Program-made: the position numbers and the translations under genes
NCBI RefSeq assembly: GCF_003019035.1
Contig: NZ_CP027447.1
Origin: Escherichia coli
GTDB lineage: Bacteria > Pseudomonadota > Gammaproteobacteria > Enterobacterales > Enterobacteriaceae
Direction: 5' to 3' (one strand)
DNA length: 64,000 bases
In this document: positions 11,555-23,048 of the stretch, in pieces
Layout: the number at the start of each line of letters is the position of its first letter
Position numbering within the stretch: position 1 is the stretch's first letter
Notes under the pieces: generated by a model
What the model saw: the letters and a program-made list of their open reading frames with translations, nothing else
Told to the model about the DNA's origin: nothing
Database searches by the model: none

Positions 11555-12898
11555 ATGGCGAACAGCATCACGGCGGATGAGATTCGGGAACAGTTTTCGC
11601 AGGCAATGTCAGCCATGTACCAGCAAGAAGTTCCGCAGTACGGCACGCTGCTGGAACTGGTAGCTGATGTGAATCTGGCTGTGCTGGAAAACAATCCTCA
11701 ACTGCACGAAAAAATGGTAAATGCAGACGAGCTGGCGCGACTGAATGTTGAACGTCATGGGGCGATTCGTGTTGGGACTGCACAAGAGCTTGCTACTCTT
11801 CGGCGGATGTTTGCCATTATGGGGATGTACCCGGTGAGCTATTACGATCTCTCGCAGGCGGGAGTGCCGGTACATTCCACAGCATTTCGGCCCATTGATG
11901 ATGCTTCTCTGGCGCGTAATCCCTTCCGCGTTTTTACTTCATTACTCCGCCTTGAGCTTATCGAGAACGAAATTTTGCGCCAGAAAGCGGCGGAGATTCT
12001 GCGTCAGCGCGATATCTTCACCCCACGTTGTCGACAATTGTTAGAGGAATATGAGCAGCGGGGCGGTTTTAACGAAACACAGGCACAGGAGTTTGTGCAG
12101 GAAGCCCTGGAAACGTTTCGCTGGCACCAGTCAGCAACGGTGGATGAAGTAACCTATCGCGCCTTGCATAACGAACATCGGCTGATTGCTGATGTGGTCT
12201 GTTTTCCTGGATGCCATATCAACCACCTGACGCCACGCACGCTGGATATCGACCGGGTGCAGTCGATGATGCCTGAATGCGGAATTGAACCCAAAATTCT
12301 GATCGAAGGGCCGCCGCGCCGCGAGGTACCGATTTTACTACGCCAGACCAGCTTTAAAGCACTGGAAGAGACGGTGTTGTTTGCAGGGCAGAAACAGGGC
12401 ACGCATACCGCGCGCTTTGGTGAAATAGAGCAGCGTGGCGTGGCATTAACGCCGAAAGGACGACAACTGTATGATGATCTACTGCGGAACGCTGGAACCG
12501 GGCAGGATAATCTCACTCACCAAATGCATTTACAGGAAACCTTCCGCACTTTTCCTGACAGTGAGTTTTTAATGCGTCAGCAAGGGTTGGCATGGTTCCG
12601 GTACCGTCTGACGCCTTCAGGTGAGGCGCATCGTCAGGCGATTCATCCCGGAGACGATCCACAGCCCTTAATTGAACGTGGTTGGGTAGTGGCGCAACCC
12701 ATTACCTATGAAGATTTCTTGCCTGTTAGCGCGGCGGGGATCTTCCAGTCAAATCTGGGTAATGAAACGCAGGCACGCAGTCACGGTAATGCCAGTCGCG
12801 AAGCATTTGAGCAGGCGTTGGGCTGCCCGGTTTTGGATGAGTTCCAGCTTTATCAGGAAGCGGAAGAACGCAGTAAACGTCGCTGTGGTTTGCTTTAA
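11555..12898 (+). CDS. ydcJ: DUF1338-family protein YdcJ
   Basis: 447-aa ORF; synteny between ydcI and opgD. Confidence 0.85.
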   Translation: MANSITADEIREQFSQAMSAMYQQEVPQYGTLLELVADVNLAVLENNPQLHEKMVNADELARLNVERHGAIRVGTAQELATLRRMFAIMGMYPVSYYDLSQAGVPVHSTAFRPIDDASLARNPFRVFTSLLRLELIENEILRQKAAEILRQRDIFTPRCRQLLEEYEQRGGFNETQAQEFVQEALETFRWHQSATVDEVTYRALHNEHRLIADVVCFPGCHINHLTPRTLDIDRVQSMMPECGIEPKILIEGPPRREVPILLRQTSFKALEETVLFAGQKQGTHTARFGEIEQRGVALTPKGRQLYDDLLRNAGTGQDNLTHQMHLQETFRTFPDSEFLMRQQGLAWFRYRLTPSGEAHRQAIHPGDDPQPLIERGWVVAQPITYEDFLPVSAAGIFQSNLGNETQARSHGNASREAFEQALGCPVLDEFQLYQEAEERSKRRCGLL

Positions 12899-13122
12899 AT
12901 TCTGACCATCCGCCTTTGCAAAAATTTGCCTGATTTTACAAACGAATCAGGCTCATCCCATCGACATAAAAAAATTGCCGATTTATGCATATTCTCTCAG
13001 TTCAACAATTGGATTATTAATAAATATTGTCTAGAGTGAGCGGTCATAAATAAGCACTTTCTTGCCGCTGAAAACGACCAGCGCGGGACCATTCACAACA
13101 CCAGAAGGACTCACTTTCAGGT

Positions 13123-14778
13123 ATGGATCGTAGACGATTTATTAAAGGTTCAATGGCTATGGCCGCCGTGTGCGGTACCAGCGGCATTGCTTCTCTTTTT
13201 TCTCAGGCGGCATTCGCGGCAGATTCTGATATTGCCGACGGGCAAACCCAGCGTTTTGACTTCTCCATTCTACAGTCAATGGCGCACGACTTAGCGCAAA
13301 CAGCGTGGCGTGGTGCGCCGCGTCCGTTACCTGACACGCTGGCGACAATGACGCCGCAGGCTTATAACAGTATTCAATACGACGCCGAAAAATCGCTCTG
13401 GCATAACGTTGAGAACCGTCAACTGGACGCTCAGTTTTTCCATATGGGAATGGGATTCCGTCGCCGCGTTCGTATGTTTTCTGTTGATCCCGCAACACAT
13501 CTGGCGCGTGAAATTCACTTTCGCCCGGAGTTGTTCAAATACAACGATGCGGGTGTGGATACCAAACAATTAGAAGGGCAAAGCGATCTCGGTTTTGCCG
13601 GTTTTCGCGTGTTTAAAGCCCCCGAACTGGCGCGCCGTGATGTCGTATCATTCCTCGGTGCGAGTTATTTCCGCGCCGTTGACGACACATATCAATACGG
13701 TCTATCGGCTCGCGGCCTGGCGATCGACACTTACACCGACAGTAAAGAAGAGTTCCCCGACTTTACCGCCTTCTGGTTTGATACGGTAAAACCGGGGGCA
13801 ACCACCTTTACCGTTTATGCGTTGCTCGATAGCGCCAGCATTACTGGTGCCTATAAGTTCACTATCCATTGCGAGAAAAGTCAGGTGATTATGGATGTGG
13901 AAAATCACCTGTATGCGCGCAAAGACATTAAACAGCTGGGCATTGCGCCGATGACCAGTATGTTCAGCTGCGGTACTAATGAACGTCGGATGTGCGACAC
14001 CATTCATCCGCAAATCCATGACTCTGATCGTTTGTCCATGTGGCGGGGCAACGGCGAGTGGATTTGTCGTCCGCTGAACAATCCGCAAAAATTGCAGTTC
14101 AATGCTTACACCGACAACAACCCGAAAGGGTTTGGTTTATTGCAACTGGATCGTGATTTCTCCCATTATCAGGACATTATGGGCTGGTATAACAAACGCC
14201 CAAGTCTGTGGGTGGAACCGCGTAACAAGTGGGGTAAGGGCACCATCGGCCTGATGGAAATCCCAACAACGGGCGAAACGCTGGATAACATTGTCTGCTT
14301 CTGGCAGCCAGAAAAAGCTGTAAAAGCGGGTGATGAGTTTGCATTCCAGTATCGTCTGTACTGGAGTGCGCAACCGCCTGTTCATTGCCCATTAGCGCGC
14401 GTTATGGCGACGCGTACCGGCATGGGTGGTTTCCCGGAAGGTTGGGCTCCTGGTGAACACTATCCCGAAAAATGGGCGCGTCGTTTTGCCGTCGATTTCG
14501 TTGGTGGTGATCTGAAAGCTGCCGCGCCAAAAGGCATTGAGCCGGTGATTACGCTTTCCAGTGGGGAAGCGAAGCAAATCGAAATTCTCTATATTGAACC
14601 CATTGATGGTTATCGTATTCAGTTTGACTGGTATCCGACTTCGGACTCCACTGATCCGGTCGATATGCGGATGTATCTGCGTTGTCAGGGCGACGCTATC
14701 AGTGAAACATGGCTGTATCAGTATTTCCCGCCAGCGCCGGATAAACGTCAGTATGTTGACGACCGCGTGATGAGTTAA
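13123..14778 (+). CDS. opgD: Glucan biosynthesis protein D (periplasmic, Tat signal)
   Basis: 551-aa ORF; N-terminal twin-arginine motif RRRFIKGS. Confidence 0.9.
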   Translation: MDRRRFIKGSMAMAAVCGTSGIASLFSQAAFAADSDIADGQTQRFDFSILQSMAHDLAQTAWRGAPRPLPDTLATMTPQAYNSIQYDAEKSLWHNVENRQLDAQFFHMGMGFRRRVRMFSVDPATHLAREIHFRPELFKYNDAGVDTKQLEGQSDLGFAGFRVFKAPELARRDVVSFLGASYFRAVDDTYQYGLSARGLAIDTYTDSKEEFPDFTAFWFDTVKPGATTFTVYALLDSASITGAYKFTIHCEKSQVIMDVENHLYARKDIKQLGIAPMTSMFSCGTNERRMCDTIHPQIHDSDRLSMWRGNGEWICRPLNNPQKLQFNAYTDNNPKGFGLLQLDRDFSHYQDIMGWYNKRPSLWVEPRNKWGKGTIGLMEIPTTGETLDNIVCFWQPEKAVKAGDEFAFQYRLYWSAQPPVHCPLARVMATRTGMGGFPEGWAPGEHYPEKWARRFAVDFVGGDLKAAAPKGIEPVITLSSGEAKQIEILYIEPIDGYRIQFDWYPTSDSTDPVDMRMYLRCQGDAISETWLYQYFPPAPDKRQYVDDRVMS

Positions 14779-14917
14779 TCGTTTTTTCTTCGGCACCTTC
14801 TTCGGGAGGTGCCGTCTGGTTAAACACGATCCCGCTCGCATTTTTCCCTAAGTTAAATGAGTAATCTGATGGTGTGTATTTCAGATACACCTTGTCAGCC
14901 ACTAACAGGGAGTGCGT

Positions 14918-15142
14918 ATGTTTCCAGAATATCGAGATTTAATATCCCGTCTGAAAAACGAAAATCCTCGCTTTATGTCCTTGTTCGATAAACACAATAA
15001 ACTTGATCATGAAATTGCCAGAAAGGAAGGTTCCGACGGTCGAGGGTACAATGCGGAAGTGGTCCGCATGAAAAAACAAAAGCTACAGTTAAAAGATGAG
15101 ATGCTCAAAATCCTGCAGCAGGAGAGCGTCAAAGAGGTGTAA
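14918..15142 (+). CDS. ydcH: Small conserved protein YdcH (DUF465-like)
   Basis: ORF 14912-15142; likely start at second Met (MFPEYRDLISRLKNENPRF). Confidence 0.8.
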   Translation: MFPEYRDLISRLKNENPRFMSLFDKHNKLDHEIARKEGSDGRGYNAEVVRMKKQKLQLKDEMLKILQQESVKEV

Positions 15143-15151
15143 ACTTTCCTA

Positions 15152-15176
15152 AGCCGCCAGCCAGGCGGCTTTTTTA
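15152..15176 (+). terminator. Rho-independent terminator after ydcH
   Basis: agccgcc-agcc-aggcggct followed by ttttt. Confidence 0.6.
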
Positions 15177-15204
15177 ACAACTGCATGGATTGACTGGAGA
15201 TAAG

Positions 15205-15744
15205 ATGACCGAAACGATAAAAGTAAGTGAATCACTTGAATTACATGCTGTTGCAGAAAGTCATGTCACACCTCTTTATCAGTTAATCTGTAAAAATAGA
15301 ACCTGGTTACAGCAGTCGCTAAACTGGCCGCAGTTTGTTCAAAGTGAAGAGGACACGCGAAAAACGGTGCAGGGCAATGTAATGTTGCATCAACGCGGCT
15401 ATGCCAAAATGTTCATGATTTTCAAAGAAGATGAACTTATCGGCGTTATCTCGTTTAATCGTATTGAACCACTGAATAAAACCGCTGAAATCGGCTACTG
15501 GCTGGACGAATCTCATCAGGGGCAGGGGATCATTTCTCAGGCGCTGCAGGCATTGATTCATCATTACGCTCAGTCTGGTGAACTTAGACGCTTCGTGATC
15601 AAATGTCGGGTGGACAATGCGCAAAGCAACCAGGTCGCTTTGCGCAATGGTTTTATCCTTGAAGGTTGCCTGAAACAGGCTGAGTTCCTGAATGATGCCT
15701 ATGATGATGTGAACTTATACGCGCGTATTATCGATTCACAATAA
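15205..15744 (+). CDS. rimL: Ribosomal-protein-L7/L12 serine acetyltransferase (GNAT)
   Basis: ORF 15190-15744; start at [14 protein letters not shown] gives 179 aa; GNAT fold motifs. Confidence 0.88.
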   Translation: MTETIKVSESLELHAVAESHVTPLYQLICKNRTWLQQSLNWPQFVQSEEDTRKTVQGNVMLHQRGYAKMFMIFKEDELIGVISFNRIEPLNKTAEIGYWLDESHQGQGIISQALQALIHHYAQSGELRRFVIKCRVDNAQSNQVALRNGFILEGCLKQAEFLNDAYDDVNLYARIIDSQ

Positions 15745-16716
15745 CCCTGCCAACGGCGTTCGAGTAATGCGCTCCTCGCCGTTAATGACTTTTGGACCAC
15801 GGACATGAACCGTGTCGCCATCAAAGGCTTCAACGACGGCGTGGTCGGTTAACTCCACATGGTTTTCAATTATCACCGCACCTGTAATACGGCTCTCACC
15901 TTGTATGACAACGTGCTCGTCGAGCAGAATCGGTCCGCCACGTACCACGGCATTTCCGCCAATCAAGACATGATGTTTTAACACACAATTACCTTCCACA
16001 ATGGCATATTCCGCCACCTGCGAACTGTAATGAATCGTCGGAATGGCATCTTCTTCTATGCCAGCTTTCACCTGCGCGTGACCGTAGACTTTAGCACAAT
16101 CGCATAGCCAGACGTTGTTCTCTTCATTACCCTCAATACTGGCAAAATCAAAAACTTCGGCGCGATGTTCAATAAAAGCATACCGGACGACGGCATCGCC
16201 ATAAATTTGTGCCTGGTGGACAATCCGCGAGGCGCTAACCCTCGCGCGATCATAAATTTGTAGCAGGAGTTGATGGTCGGGCGTTAAGCCTTGTGCGGCG
16301 ACGATCATAGAATGTTGATCAATTAAGGCGTGACCAAATATTCTACATTGACCGCAAACTAATGAGCCACGAATGGTGACACTGTCACTTATATATGCAC
16401 CCTGGCTGATTTCACTATTATCGATCCAGACATTATCCGTTGCGTAAACCTCTCCCCACAGCACGCTGGTGCCGGTGATACGCGTATTCCCGGAAATCAC
16501 CGTTCCGCCGAACGCAATAGCATTCTGGTCGTAAATCCAGCAATTTCCTTCCTGTGCTAACACCGTTTCGCGATCGATCCAGCCGCCAGCGGTTCCTGCT
16601 ATCACATCGTTAAAATCGCTAATGGCGATAATCTGCCGTAATAACACATTTTTTTTAGTGCCATCATCCTGATAACTAAAGGCTCGCTGTTCTTCACTTA
16701 GACGATATTTGCGCAT
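15736..16716 (-). CDS. ydcK: Hexapeptide-repeat (left-handed beta-helix) protein YdcK
   Basis: 326-aa ORF with repeated hexapeptide-like motifs; 3' end overlaps rimL by 9 nt. Confidence 0.85.
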   Translation of the reverse strand: MRKYRLSEEQRAFSYQDDGTKKNVLLRQIIAISDFNDVIAGTAGGWIDRETVLAQEGNCWIYDQNAIAFGGTVISGNTRITGTSVLWGEVYATDNVWIDNSEISQGAYISDSVTIRGSLVCGQCRIFGHALIDQHSMIVAAQGLTPDHQLLLQIYDRARVSASRIVHQAQIYGDAVVRYAFIEHRAEVFDFASIEGNEENNVWLCDCAKVYGHAQVKAGIEEDAIPTIHYSSQVAEYAIVEGNCVLKHHVLIGGNAVVRGGPILLDEHVVIQGESRITGAVIIENHVELTDHAVVEAFDGDTVHVRGPKVINGEERITRTPLAGLL

Positions 16717-16839
16717 AGCGTTTTCCCACAGGTGACTTACTATAACCGTAGCAAATTCTGCGGCTCTGGCTATGCTCGAGAAAATTCCATAAAATGCATT
16801 TCAAATATACTTTATAAATTAAACAAAATGAGTAAGAAG

Positions 16840-17832
16840 ATGCAGAGCGATAAAGTGCTCAATTTGCCGGCAGGCTACTTTGGTATTGTGTTGGGGACGA
16901 TAGGGATGGGATTTGCCTGGCGCTATGCCAGCCAGGTTTGGCAGGTCAGCCACTGGTTGGGGGATGGGCTGGTGATTCTGGCGATGATCATCTGGGGACT
17001 ATTGACTGGCGCATTTATTACCCGACTCATACGCTTTCCGCATAGCGTGCTGGCAGAAGTGCGCCATCCAGTGCTGAGCAGTTTTGTGAGTTTGTTTCCG
17101 GCAACGACGATGCTGGTGGCGATTGGTTTTGTTCCGTGGTTTCGCCCACTGGCGGTGTGCCTGTTCAGTTTTGGTGTCGTGGTTCAGTTGGCTTATGCCG
17201 CCTGGCAAACTGCGGGATTATGGCGCGGATCTCACCCTGAAGAAGCTACCACGCCTGGACTGTATCTGCCGACAGTTGCCAACAACTTTATCAGCGCAAT
17301 GGCCTGTGGTGCGTTGGGCTACACCGACGCCGGTCTGGTGTTTTTAGGCGCAGGCGTTTTCTCATGGCTAAGCCTGGAACCGGTGATCTTGCAGCGTCTG
17401 CGCAGTTCGGGAGAATTACCCACGGCACTGAGGACATCACTCGGCATTCAGCTCGCTCCTGCGCTGGTGGCCTGTAGTGCCTGGCTGAGCGTCAACGGCG
17501 GCGAGGGTGACACGCTGGCGAAAATGCTTTTCGGTTATGGACTGCTGCAACTGCTGTTTATGCTACGTCTGATGCCATGGTATCTCTCCCAGCCATTTAA
17601 TGCTTCATTCTGGAGTTTCTCGTTCGGCGTATCTGCACTGGCAACCACCGGTTTGCATCTGGGGAGTGGCAGCGATAATGGATTTTTCCATACGCTGGCG
17701 GTGCCGCTGTTTATCTTTACCAATTTTATTATTGCAATACTGCTCATCCGTACTTTTGCGCTTCTGATGCAGGGAAAATTGTTAGTCAGAACCGAGCGCG
17801 CCGTTTTAATGAAAGCAGAGGACAAAGAATGA
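16840..17832 (+). CDS. tehA: Tellurite resistance protein TehA (TDT-family transporter)
   Basis: ORF 16732-17832; start at [15 protein letters not shown] gives 330 aa; polytopic membrane protein. Confidence 0.9.
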   Translation: MQSDKVLNLPAGYFGIVLGTIGMGFAWRYASQVWQVSHWLGDGLVILAMIIWGLLTGAFITRLIRFPHSVLAEVRHPVLSSFVSLFPATTMLVAIGFVPWFRPLAVCLFSFGVVVQLAYAAWQTAGLWRGSHPEEATTPGLYLPTVANNFISAMACGALGYTDAGLVFLGAGVFSWLSLEPVILQRLRSSGELPTALRTSLGIQLAPALVACSAWLSVNGGEGDTLAKMLFGYGLLQLLFMLRLMPWYLSQPFNASFWSFSFGVSALATTGLHLGSGSDNGFFHTLAVPLFIFTNFIIAILLIRTFALLMQGKLLVRTERAVLMKAEDKE

Positions 17833-18422
17833 TCATTCGTGACGAAAACTATTTTACTGATAAATATGAATTAACCCGCACACACTCTGAAGTGCTGGAA
17901 GCGGTGAAAGTGGTTAAACCGGGTAAAACGCTGGATCTGGGCTGTGGCAATGGTCGTAACAGTCTTTACCTGGCAGCCAATGGTTATGATGTTGACGCAT
18001 GGGATAAAAATGCCATGAGTATCGCCAACGTCGAGCGCATTAAGTCCATTGAAAATCTGGATAATTTACACACCCGGGTCGTTGATCTGAATAACCTCAC
18101 ATTTGATGGACAGTACGATTTTATTCTTTCGACTGTGGTGCTGATGTTCCTTGAGGCTAAAACCATCCCAGGGCTGATTGCCAATATGCAACGTTGCACT
18201 AAACCTGGCGGTTACAACCTGATTGTGGCGGCGATGGATACCGCTGATTATCCATGTACCGTCGGCTTCCCGTTTGCCTTCAAAGAGGGAGAATTACGTC
18301 GATATTACGAAGGCTGGGAGAGGGTGAAATACAATGAGGACGTCGGCGAGCTGCACCGCACCGACGCCAACGGTAATCGTATTAAACTGCGTTTCGCCAC
18401 GATGCTGGCACGTAAAAAATGA
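17829..18422 (+). CDS. tehB: Tellurite methyltransferase TehB (SAM-dependent)
   Basis: 197-aa ORF overlapping the tehA stop by 4 nt (ATGA coupling); SAM-binding motif [11 protein letters not shown]. Confidence 0.9.
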   Translation: MIIRDENYFTDKYELTRTHSEVLEAVKVVKPGKTLDLGCGNGRNSLYLAANGYDVDAWDKNAMSIANVERIKSIENLDNLHTRVVDLNNLTFDGQYDFILSTVVLMFLEAKTIPGLIANMQRCTKPGGYNLIVAAMDTADYPCTVGFPFAFKEGELRRYYEGWERVKYNEDVGELHRTDANGNRIKLRFATMLARKK

Positions 18423-18724
18423 TCCGGTAAGAACAAAGCGCGTGAAAATTCCCCACGCTGAGATGGTTTACTGTTCTTCTTTTCGGTAAGCATATTTTTA
18501 ATCAAAAGGATGTGAAATTAATCACAGTAGTCGAAGTTTTTCATCAGATTAACGCACTGATATTTAACTACTGATGATTGACTTAGCCCCTTTTTCGGCA
18601 TTGACTATGTCGTCTGTAAAGGGGCTGAAAAATTTATTTTCACCAACACTTTTTTTGCCACAACACGAAGCGGCGCTTTTTGCTATAACTTAAAAAGTAA
18701 TATAATCATCTCAGGAAACTATTC

Positions 18725-19393
18725 ATGCGTACCACATCATTTGCGAAAGTTGCAGCTTTATGCGGCTTGTTGGCTCTGTCTGGTTGTGCCTCTAAAATCA
18801 CCCAGCCAGATAAATATTCTGGTTTTTTAAACAATTACTCTGATTTAAAAGAAACAACCTCAGCAACAGGTAAACCTGTTTTACGTTGGGTAGACCCGAG
18901 TTTTGATCAAAGCAAATATGACAGCATCGTCTGGAACCCAATCACTTATTATCCGGTACCAAAACCTTCTACCCAGGTAGGGCAGAAAGTTCTGGATAAA
19001 ATTTTGAACTATACCAACACCGAAATGAAAGAAGCGATAGCGCAGCGTAAACCACTGGTTACCACCGCTGGGCCGCGTAGTCTGATTTTCCGTGGGGCCA
19101 TTACCGGTGTAGATACCAGCAAAGAAGGGCTGCAATTCTATGAAGTGGTTCCTGTTGCATTAGTGGTTGCGGGGACGCAAATGGCTACAGGCCACCGTAC
19201 CATGGATACTCGCCTCTATTTTGAAGGTGAGCTGATTGATGCAGCGACTAATAAACCGGTTATCAAAGTCGTTCGTCAGGGCGAAGGTAAAGACCTGAAT
19301 AACGAAAGTACGCCAATGGCTTTCGAAAATATTAAACAAGTTATTGATGACATGGCGACCGATGCCACCATGTTTGACGTTAACAAAAAGTAG
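18725..19393 (+). CDS. ydcL: Lipoprotein YdcL
   Basis: 222-aa ORF; lipobox LALSGC near N-terminus. Confidence 0.85.
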   Translation: MRTTSFAKVAALCGLLALSGCASKITQPDKYSGFLNNYSDLKETTSATGKPVLRWVDPSFDQSKYDSIVWNPITYYPVPKPSTQVGQKVLDKILNYTNTEMKEAIAQRKPLVTTAGPRSLIFRGAITGVDTSKEGLQFYEVVPVALVVAGTQMATGHRTMDTRLYFEGELIDAATNKPVIKVVRQGEGKDLNNESTPMAFENIKQVIDDMATDATMFDVNKK

Positions 19394-19401
19394 TTCCAGA
19401 C

Positions 19402-19426
19402 GCGCCATCGTTAGATGGCGCTTTTT
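19402..19426 (+). terminator. Rho-independent terminator after ydcL
   Basis: gcgccatc-gtta-gatggcgc followed by ttttt. Confidence 0.6.
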
Positions 19427-19477
19427 ATCCGGTGCGCCGTAAAACCCCGTCCTTCAGGGCGGGGATATAAGGCGCGG

Positions 19478-19917
19478 TTTTGCACCTGACCAGGTGTTTG
19501 CTGTTGTTCAATGTATTGGCGGATGACGGATATTGGCGCACCTCCGCAGCTACTGGCAAAATAGCCAGGACTCCACAAAACGCCTTTGTAGTAATACCTG
19601 ACTGCAATATCTGGTCGATCTCGTCGCAGTAACCTACCCGATACGCCTTTGAGGCTGTTTACCAGACTGGATATCGCCAGTTTGGGAGGTTAGTTAATTA
19701 ACAAATGGACGTGATCTGGTTCGCCATCCATTTCAACCAGTTCAGCTTCAAAATCAGCACATACATTTGAAAAGTAAGTGCGTAGTTTTTCTGTCGCGTC
19801 ATGGTCAAAAATCTGGCGTCGGTATCTGGTGACAAAGACCAGATGAACATGCATCAGGAAAACACAATGCCTTCCACGCCGGATATCGGTTTCTTTTTTC
19901 ACAGACCAAAGTATCAT
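19478..19917 (-). pseudogene. insP: IS200-type Y1 (HuH) transposase tnpA, disrupted by frameshifts
   Basis: N-terminal 75 codons (19693-19917) carry HVHLVFVTRYRR and the HuH motif DHVHLLI and then stop; downstream minus-strand frames give SLVNSLKGVSGRLLRRD and LWSPGYFASSCGGAPISVIRQYIEQQ in two different frames. Confidence 0.7.
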
Positions 19918-19924
19918 TTGACCT

Positions 19925-21133
19925 GTGAAACGATTACAGGCATTTAAATTCCAGTTAAGACCAGGTGGTCAACAGGAGTGTGAAATGAGGCGCTTCGCAG
20001 GCGCATGTCGTTTCGTTTTCAATCGTGCTCTGGCACGTCAGAATGAGAATCATGAGGCCGGTAATAAATACATCCCTTACGGGAAAATGGCTTCCTGGCT
20101 GGTTGAGTGGAAAAATGCCACTGAAACGCAATGGCTTAAAGATTCTCCCTCACAGCCATTGCAACAGTCACTGAAAGACCTTGAGCGGGCTTACAAAAAC
20201 TTCTTCCGGAAGCGGGCTGCTTTTCCCCGATTCAAAAAGCGGGGACAGAATGATGCATTCCGCTACCCGCAGGGCGTTAAGCTCGATCAGGAAAACAGCC
20301 GTATTTTTCTGCCGAAACTGGGCTGGATGCGCTACCGGAATAGCCGTCAGGTCACGGGTGTTGTGAAAAATGTCACTGTCAGCCAGTCCTGCGGTAAGTG
20401 GTACATCAGTATTCAGACAGAAAGTGAAGTATCCACTCCGGCTCACCCTTCAGCATCAATGGTCGGGCTGGATGCTGGCGTGGCTAAACTCGCCACGCTG
20501 TCAGATGGCACAGTCTTTGAGCCTGTAAACAGTTTTCAGAAAAACCAGAAGACGCTGGCGAGACTTCAGCGACAGTTAAGCCGCAAGGTCAAATTCAGCA
20601 ACAACTGGCAGAAGCAGAAACGCAAAATACAGCGACTGCATTCCTGTATCGCAAATATCCGCAGGGACTACCTTCACAAAGTCACAACGGCCGTCAGCAA
20701 AAACCACGCAATGATAGTCATTGAGGATTTGAAGGTCAGCAACATGTCAAAGTCAGCAGCGGGTACGGTCAGCCAGCCGGGGCGCAATGTCCGGGCAAAA
20801 TCAGGTTTAAACCGTTCGATACTGGATCAGGGCTGGTATGAAATGCGCCGCCAGCTTGAGTACAAGCAGCTCTGGCGTGGCGGTCAGGTGCTTGCTGTTC
20901 CGCCAGCGTATACAAGCCAGCGTTGCGCGTACTGTGGTCATACAGCGAAAGAGAACCGCCTGTCACAAAGTAAATTCAGATGCCAGGTATGTGGATATAC
21001 AGCGAACGCCGATGTAAATGGCGCTCGTAACATTTTAGCGGCGGGGCACGCCGTTCTTGCCTGTGGAGAGATGGTGCAGTCAGGCCGCCCGTTGAAGCAG
21101 GAACCCACCGAAATGATTCAGGCGACAGCCTGA
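19925..21133 (+). CDS. insQ: TnpB-family (OrfB/IS605-type) protein, RuvC-like RNA-guided nuclease family
   Basis: 402-aa intact ORF; N-terminal FKFQLRPGG...RFVFNRAL motif and C-terminal zinc-finger-like CAYCGH/CQVCG cysteine pairs typical of TnpB. Confidence 0.85.
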   Translation: MKRLQAFKFQLRPGGQQECEMRRFAGACRFVFNRALARQNENHEAGNKYIPYGKMASWLVEWKNATETQWLKDSPSQPLQQSLKDLERAYKNFFRKRAAFPRFKKRGQNDAFRYPQGVKLDQENSRIFLPKLGWMRYRNSRQVTGVVKNVTVSQSCGKWYISIQTESEVSTPAHPSASMVGLDAGVAKLATLSDGTVFEPVNSFQKNQKTLARLQRQLSRKVKFSNNWQKQKRKIQRLHSCIANIRRDYLHKVTTAVSKNHAMIVIEDLKVSNMSKSAAGTVSQPGRNVRAKSGLNRSILDQGWYEMRRQLEYKQLWRGGQVLAVPPAYTSQRCAYCGHTAKENRLSQSKFRCQVCGYTANADVNGARNILAAGHAVLACGEMVQSGRPLKQEPTEMIQATA

Positions 21134-21172
21134 ACGTAGCAGGGATCCACGTCCTTCAGGGCGTGGAGGATG

Positions 21173-22348
21173 TCAATATCGGTTTCTGTCAGCGATTAAA
21201 TTCAACACCACGTAACAAACGCCTCCGGCAATTAATCCCCAAAACGCAGAACCAATCCCGGCCAGCGTCAATCCACTTGCCGTTACCAGAAATGCCACCA
21301 CCGCCGCGTCGCGCTCACGCTCATTATGCAGCGCCTGATACAAACTGCCGCCAATGGTACTCAACAGCGCCAGACCTGCCAGCATCTGGATCCAACTTAC
21401 GGGCAGGGCAGCCATCATCCCGGTAATGGCACTACCAAACAGACCTGCGAGCAAATAGAAAATGCCTGCAACGGCAGCGGCCAGCCAACGTTGATCTTTA
21501 TCCGGATGCGCTTCCGGGCTTTGGCAAATAGCCGCGGTGATTGCCGCAATACCGACGGAATAAACGCCGAAAGGGGAAAAAACCAGTGCCAGCAATCCAG
21601 TAAATACAATTAATGGCGAAACAGGAGCCGAATATCCGGCGGCTTTCATTGCTGCGATACCCGGTGCGTTTTGCGATGCCATCGTCACCAGAAAAAGGGG
21701 GAGTGCAACGCTCAGGCTGTGAGCAAACGAAAAATCAGGGCTAATATAAGTGGGGAGAACGGGTTTAAAGACAACATCAGTTGTGACAACGTCACCTTGC
21801 GCGATAACGATCACGACCCCAATAATCATCGCGGCAATTACCGCATAGCGCGGCGCAACGGCCCTGGTTGCCAGCCATACCAGCAACATACTGCCACACA
21901 ACGTAAATTGACCATCCAGGCTCGCAAACGCCTGTAAACCAAAGCGTAATAAAATCCCGGCAAGCATTGCCGCCGCAAGCGAGTGCGGAATAATGCGCAT
22001 CAGACGAGCAAAGAGTCCCGTTATGCCGCAGAGGACTATTAACGCGTTGGTGACAATAAAAACGCCGATGGTTTCGTTAAGTGTTAGTCCCTGCAATCCG
22101 GTGACCAACAAAGCCGCGCCAGGCGTTGACCATGCGGTGAGAACAGGTACGCGATACCATAATGTCAGAGCCAGCGTACTGACGCCCATTACCAGCCCCA
22201 GCGCCGTCATCCAGCCAGAGATTTGTGCAGTGGTGGCTCCGGCGACAATCGCTGCTTGCCAGATTATTGCCGCTGAACTGGCGTAGCCAATTAATACCGC
22301 CAGAAACCCCGCCAGTAGCGTGGGTGGAGGAATAGAAAACAGACGCAT
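21173..22348 (-). CDS. ydcO: BenE-family (benzoate-type) membrane transporter
   Basis: ORF 21173-22471; start at MRLFSIPPPTLLAGF gives 391 aa; about 12 TM helices. Confidence 0.85.
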   Translation of the reverse strand: MRLFSIPPPTLLAGFLAVLIGYASSAAIIWQAAIVAGATTAQISGWMTALGLVMGVSTLALTLWYRVPVLTAWSTPGAALLVTGLQGLTLNETIGVFIVTNALIVLCGITGLFARLMRIIPHSLAAAMLAGILLRFGLQAFASLDGQFTLCGSMLLVWLATRAVAPRYAVIAAMIIGVVIVIAQGDVVTTDVVFKPVLPTYISPDFSFAHSLSVALPLFLVTMASQNAPGIAAMKAAGYSAPVSPLIVFTGLLALVFSPFGVYSVGIAAITAAICQSPEAHPDKDQRWLAAAVAGIFYLLAGLFGSAITGMMAALPVSWIQMLAGLALLSTIGGSLYQALHNERERDAAVVAFLVTASGLTLAGIGSAFWGLIAGGVCYVVLNLIADRNRY

Positions 22349-22439
22349 AGTCACCTCGTGCGTTATAGCGTACAGGCACCGTAGCATTTGTCCGTTATAA
22401 CGCACAAGTGATAAACTTCCGTTTTGCCGGAGGAGTCGC

Positions 22440-22976
22440 ATGGAAAATCTCGCTTGCTTTTTATCCACCACACTTAAACAACTACGTCAGCAGCGCGGCT
22501 GGAGTCTTTCGCGACTGGCAGAAGCGACGGGCGTTTCTAAAGCGATGTTAGGGCAGATTGAGCGTAATGAATCCAGCCCGACGGTCGCGACATTATGGAA
22601 AATAGCCACCGGGTTGAACGTGCCATTTTCGACATTTATTTCTCCGCCGCAGTCCGCAACGCCTTCAGTTTATGATCCACAACAACAGGCGATGGTGATC
22701 ACTTCGCTGTTTCCTTATGATCCACAACTCTGCTTTGAACACTTCTCGATTCAGATGGCACCCGGTGCAATAAGCGAATCGACGCCCCATGAGAAGGGGG
22801 TAATCGAACATGTTGTCGTCATTGATGGACAACTTGATTTGTGCGTTGATGGTGAATGGCAGAGCCTTAATTGTGGGGAAGGCGCTCGATTTGCTGCAGA
22901 CGTCACGCATGTCTATCGTAATGGTGGGGAGCAAACCGTACATTTTCATTCCCTCATCCATTACCCGCGCAGTTAA
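22440..22976 (+). CDS. sutR: XRE-HTH plus cupin transcriptional regulator
   Basis: 178-aa ORF; N-terminal HTH (LSRLAEATGVSKAMLGQIERNESSP) and C-terminal cupin. Confidence 0.85.
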   Translation: MENLACFLSTTLKQLRQQRGWSLSRLAEATGVSKAMLGQIERNESSPTVATLWKIATGLNVPFSTFISPPQSATPSVYDPQQQAMVITSLFPYDPQLCFEHFSIQMAPGAISESTPHEKGVIEHVVVIDGQLDLCVDGEWQSLNCGEGARFAADVTHVYRNGGEQTVHFHSLIHYPRS

Positions 22977-23048
22977 GCGGGAAAACTATTTCGTAACGTC
23001 GCGCTTGTGGCTAAAATAGCCGCCATTTTTCAGCTACTGGATAAGAAA

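Larger units (their letters stand above)
19434..21170 (+). mobile_element. IS200/IS605-family insertion sequence (IS609-like) with divergent tnpA remnant and intact tnpB
   Basis: Subterminal imperfect palindromes sharing the loop tccttcagggc at both ends (19445-19464 ccccg...cgggg; 21147-21166 ccacg...cgtgg); encloses tnpA-like and TnpB-like frames; boundaries approximate. Confidence 0.75.

Noticed and set aside
18590-18650. Hairpin (ccccttt...aaagggg) upstream of ydcL as a possible sRNA or terminator
   Set aside because: Long loop and no flanking T-run in a consistent orientation; insufficient evidence
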